This document shows positions 61,301 to 64,000 of a stretch of DNA of 64,000 bases, piece after piece (the stretch's first letter is position 1; the number at the start of each line of letters is the position of its first letter). The translations under genes were made by a program, and so were the position numbers. Origin of the DNA: Monocercomonoides exilis PA203. Lineage: Eukaryota; Protista; Preaxostyla. The DNA lies in the NCBI GenBank assembly GCA_001643675.2, contig LSRY02000001.1:124001-188000 (forward strand), read 5' to 3'. Below the pieces are notes generated by a model. It searched no databases, was not told the DNA's origin, and worked only from the letters and a program-made list of their open reading frames with translations.

Positions 61301-64000
61301 ACACGGCTTCATCCACTCGCTTGCTGCACTCACACTCGACCACTGCTGCATAGACTTTCACAGTGCTCCATCCCTCCCAGTCACCTTCTACATCATGCAC
61401 CTTGCATCGGGAAGCGCAACCATCACCAACACACAAATCAGCACACACGCCGAGTTCAGCACTTTCACCCCGATCCTGATATCGGGCGCGCACAGCATCA
61501 CCATCAACAGCACCACAATAGCACGGCCGAGACGGGCAAATGGAGACGGCGGGTGCCTGATCGCGGAAAAGCACACTCAGCAAGGCACCACAATGCACCT
61601 GTCCAACTGCACCATATCATCCTGCTGCATCCGCACACACACCCTCAAAGGCGGCGGCCTGTATGCATCTGTGGAGAACGGCAGGAAGCTCACCATGACT
61701 GGCGTCATATTCGCACAGTGTTCAGCATCGAGCTCCGCACCCGAGGCAGATACCGATGCCGATGCTGAGACCGAGGCTGAGGTAGAAGTCGATGCAGAAA
61801 ACGAGGACACGGAAGAAAGAGGGCTTGGGGGTGGAATGTTCATCGAGGGAGGCGAAGGCTCGATGGACTTTGTGCTCCAAAACATGACATTCGACGAGTG
61901 CCACGCCTGGAGAGGGAAAAGCCTGTTTGTTGCCGGGCAGATGCTGGACAGCGTGGCCGACACGCTCCACCTGAAATGGGACATGGACGGGCCAGCCTTC
62001 CAGTCGCTGCACCAGCTCAACGGCTGGGAAAGAGCAACATGCGGCGAGCACTATGCTGTGCCGCTCGTTGTGTATCTCTGGACCAACTTCTCTGCCCATG
62101 CCTATGTCGACGGCGCTGACGGATGGGACTTCAGCGCTTGCGGCCTTGACGTCGCACCTTGCAGATCCATCGACAAGGCTCTCCAGCTCCGGTTTGTCCC
62201 CGACCTTCCATCCTCTGCCTCCACAATCACAGTCACGCACAGCACCACCTTCTCCATCCTCCTCCACCTCCAGCCTTCTGCCACACACCGCAATCCACAA
62301 CTCCTAATAAATGGCAACCTCCATGGCACACCAGTCGCCGTCCACGAGCCAGCCCTTCAAGGCAGCAACAAAGCCTTCCTCGCCTCCTCCATCCTCCTCC
62401 GCCTCGCCAACCTCTCCTTCTCTCTTCCACCCTCGCTTCACGGCATCCTCTCTTTTCTCCAATCCGCCACATCCCCTGCCTGCCTCTCCCTCTCTGCCTG
62501 CTCCTTTGCATCCACAGCCCCTTCCTCTCCAACCAGCTATGCTGTTGTGTCTGTGCTCGCCGGATCAGCCGAAATCGCCAACTGCTGCGTCTCTGCAATC
62601 ACCCTCACCCATCCCTTTTTCCTTGTCGCTGCAACCACATCCCAAGCAGCTGTGCAGAACTTGTCCGCCTGCATGGTGGATGCCTCGCCAGCAGGGATAA
62701 TCGAGGTCGCTGCACCCGCTGAAGACACATCCAAGCAGACAATCAGCCCCACAAACAGCCAGTTGACCTTCACAATCGCAGACTCCAACTTCACAAACAT
62801 CACTGCCCACGCCAATCACTCAACTGTCTTTGCCCTCCCTTCGTACCAGAGCATCGACTGTGTGCTCGACTCCTGCTTCTGCACAAACTGCGTGGGAGAG
62901 ACCATCGACGAAGGAGGCGCGGTGCGTGTGTGCCTCAGCTCCACCGAATCCTCTCTGAAAGTGGCTTCGTGTGTGCTCACTCAGTGCGTGTGCTCGCGCA
63001 CAAAGGGCAAAGGCGGTGCTCTCATGGTCGACTGCACCCTGCCCCAATCCCTGCCCCAATCCCTGCCCCAATCCCATTCTCAATCTTATTCTCAATCTTC
63101 ACCCCCAGCTCCTGATGATCTCCTTCACCCCATCCCGCTCCGCATCCTCAACGACCGCTTCATCTTGAACGACGCCTTTGCAGGCAAAGACATCTTCATC
63201 CGGTCCGACCACGTCGCCACACAGATCAACGAAACCCAATTCACACTCGACTTCACCCAGCCCTCTCTCCAGACAAACAACTCCATCTGCGGCTCCACAT
63301 TCGCCGACAGCACCCTTCTCGATCTCATCCCGCTCATCACCTTCTTCAAGGCTGGCCAGATCCACGCCTGCCTCCTAGGAACTGACTCGCGCCAGTGCGG
63401 CTCCACCTCAAACATGTGCAGAACCATCGACAACAGCATCCGCCACATCGACAGCGGCACTTGGAACATGGTCGTTGTCCACACCGATTCCGCCTTCGCC
63501 CGCCAGACAACACTCGCCGACCTCACCCTCCGCTCAGCAACAAAGCTGATCTGCCTGATCCATCTCCAGACTCCAATCGCAATCGAGCAAACCCACCACG
63601 CTGTCGTCGCTTTTGCAAACGATTGCTCGCTCGACAGCTGCCACTTCTCCATCGGCTCCGGCTTCGCATCTGAGCTCCACTCTGTCTTTCGCCAGCTCAA
63701 CGGCAGCTTGCTCGTCGTTTCATGCACATTCACATCTGCCGGATCTGAAACTCTCCTCAACTCCACACTCATCTCTGTGGCAAGCGGGGTGTTCGAGATG
63801 AGGAAAGCCGCCCTCCATTCAATCGCCACAACTCGCAATCTCCTCCTCTTCTGCAGCTCATCTGTTGCAGTGTGCACAGAAACAAACATCAGCAGCACTA
63901 CCACCAGCAACGCTGCGCTTGCCATCGAGCCAAGCACCACCATCGAAATCAGAGATCTCACCATACGCAACTCCACAGCAGATAATGCATTCATCACGTG
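58314..64000 (+). CDS. Very large secreted/surface Cys-rich parallel beta-helix (pectin-lyase/Pmp-like) protein, >1890 aa, runs off the window
   Basis: Not in the ORF track because it has no in-window stop. ATG 58314 starts the signal peptide MQKASMKCHLTFLFLCFIAC. The same frame reads sensibly at the start, at 59.1-59.8 kb and at the end. Repeated FxxC...GG(A/G)(I/L) and G.D...CG....PC.TI motifs. Confidence 0.88.
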   Translation, partial: MQKASMKCHLTFLFLCFIACESNGAANCSEHSPCKAHLPFNNKSIGTSNNNQQRLFNGLLSAPKQTQLLSRHCATMANTSFLLSDTSLACCAPHACLAITSSSNATFTSCALTYTAKSTHHVAQLQSASLWLFNISLAVSNPAAPVSSIASGADHPASSANCRVSICSSLFDSCCVCAGSPFVATSGISDVELLHSSFTNITRTTNMNEPLNIPTREIRTVMSGCTVKCVDSPYNGGLFHALNSQSFTHSSANTSFENCHRHHNAQPVIGDHSTIRQNISDGDATFVDCEFNSLAGDYGGAIRFTSSGLLSISHCVFNNCNSSFRGGAISLSENGKSIVTLNSSFNSCNANHSGGAFDIRHPISIVIEHCYISFCTANHVGSGIIIYQYDDQCIINLCNFLNCQKKTQTFDGGCLGIYDNGRVNMTDCCFRNCSSDNHGGGICWDDSSNAYVSKVSFCFFVNNSAAEMGHDVYIDSGWTNINEECFVLCRSATAGSTNRVVKGKQECSSWIPNTFFDPILVNSASGIDHQACGSADAGDIQGRRCRTVGYAVGVANPLLQTKAVAVEEWVCHETRIDVCTLTISFSGAGADKTVLSADATDNTALVQITTGSATFSSLAFRRNASASLHSHLFHLTGMQGFLEVAHCTITATETLPDAPFAASVITVAAGHVLFDSAEIGPMCFSSVAALAVNAEAALSVTLTSTNLTAITRQSGSGSGLECSLIAGSQVCITGGSFSSCTACQDGSCGGGVCAHLTGEDAEMVVNGSAAFAGCCVPDTEGTGGTGGKGGKGGKGGGMMVHIDNAKALLQISSGVCFSDSTPNRAAVGRDLFLRCASRVMLSEIVNTTTLQFVDHTQCFADPSRLSGSEDGADHPVIPLEVYLCQHDNNIYVDGLAGTDHLHCGPSVFACETIHFAATNRITSASTTILLAANSTLASEITIETLPFLLSSATAHLQAVHVHDAGQCSNKAIVTASAEMSASSICFLLPTAMSTGRHGFIHSLAALTLDHCCIDFHSAPSLPVTFYIMHLASGSATITNTQISTHAEFSTFTPILISGAHSITINSTTIARPRRANGDGGCLIAEKHTQQGTTMHLSNCTISSCCIRTHTLKGGGLYASVENGRKLTMTGVIFAQCSASSSAPEADTDADAETEAEVEVDAENEDTEERGLGGGMFIEGGEGSMDFVLQNMTFDECHAWRGKSLFVAGQMLDSVADTLHLKWDMDGPAFQSLHQLNGWERATCGEHYAVPLVVYLWTNFSAHAYVDGADGWDFSACGLDVAPCRSIDKALQLRFVPDLPSSASTITVTHSTTFSILLHLQPSATHRNPQLLINGNLHGTPVAVHEPALQGSNKAFLASSILLRLANLSFSLPPSLHGILSFLQSATSPACLSLSACSFASTAPSSPTSYAVVSVLAGSAEIANCCVSAITLTHPFFLVAATTSQAAVQNLSACMVDASPAGIIEVAAPAEDTSKQTISPTNSQLTFTIADSNFTNITAHANHSTVFALPSYQSIDCVLDSCFCTNCVGETIDEGGAVRVCLSSTESSLKVASCVLTQCVCSRTKGKGGALMVDCTLPQSLPQSLPQSHSQSYSQSSPPAPDDLLHPIPLRILNDRFILNDAFAGKDIFIRSDHVATQINETQFTLDFTQPSLQTNNSICGSTFADSTLLDLIPLITFFKAGQIHACLLGTDSRQCGSTSNMCRTIDNSIRHIDSGTWNMVVVHTDSAFARQTTLADLTLRSATKLICLIHLQTPIAIEQTHHAVVAFANDCSLDSCHFSIGSGFASELHSVFRQLNGSLLVVSCTFTSAGSETLLNSTLISVASGVFEMRKAALHSIATTRNLLLFCSSSVAVCTETNISSTTTSNAALAIEPSTTIEIRDLTIRNSTADNAFIT

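Noticed and set aside
58407-63997. Many minus-strand ORFs up to 379 aa
   Set aside because: They are antisense shadows of the GC-rich plus-strand ORF from 58314, which carries the signal peptide and repeat motifs.
1-64000. CRISPR arrays, rRNA, tRNA, alternative genetic code, bacterial contamination
   Set aside because: I recognised no repeat-spacer array or structural RNA by eye. TAA, TAG and TGA all end conserved genes. The bacterial-like genes are embedded among intron-containing eukaryotic genes.

Overview
Eukaryotic, AT-rich, intron-containing protist DNA using the standard genetic code, with pervasive poly-Ser/poly-Glu tracts. Gene content and style resemble the oxymonad Monocercomonoides; this is my inference, not a database result. 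Two compact housekeeping blocks are present. The first (1-22.7 kb) has kinesin-14, a CSPP1/CCDC66-like gene, TSR2, an intron-bearing bacterial-type CobA/BtuR, a VPS9 GEF and a bacterial-type GH2. The second (40.4-55.5 kb) has Rpt5, a CFAP119-like gene, ARMC6, NAP1, PWP2 and C9orf78. Between and after them lie two accessory regions built on inverted repeats. The region 22.9-40 kb holds three elements: (i) a 3.43-kb element with 15-bp TIRs and a perfect 8-bp TSD carrying a decayed copy of a lineage-specific multigene family; (ii) a near-perfect 9.5-kb palindrome (26-bp spacer) that places two copies of a ~1206-aa beta-helix surface-protein gene head-to-head; (iii) a 1-kb TAGGG...CCCTA MITE. The region 55.6-64 kb holds a 1.36-kb non-coding palindrome, which has a diverged family copy at 28.2 kb, and a >1890-aa Cys-rich beta-helix ORF with an AT-rich in-frame GGAI-repeat cassette. 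The best candidate for an undescribed system is palindrome- and transposon-associated duplication, homogenisation and diversification of surface-protein genes.
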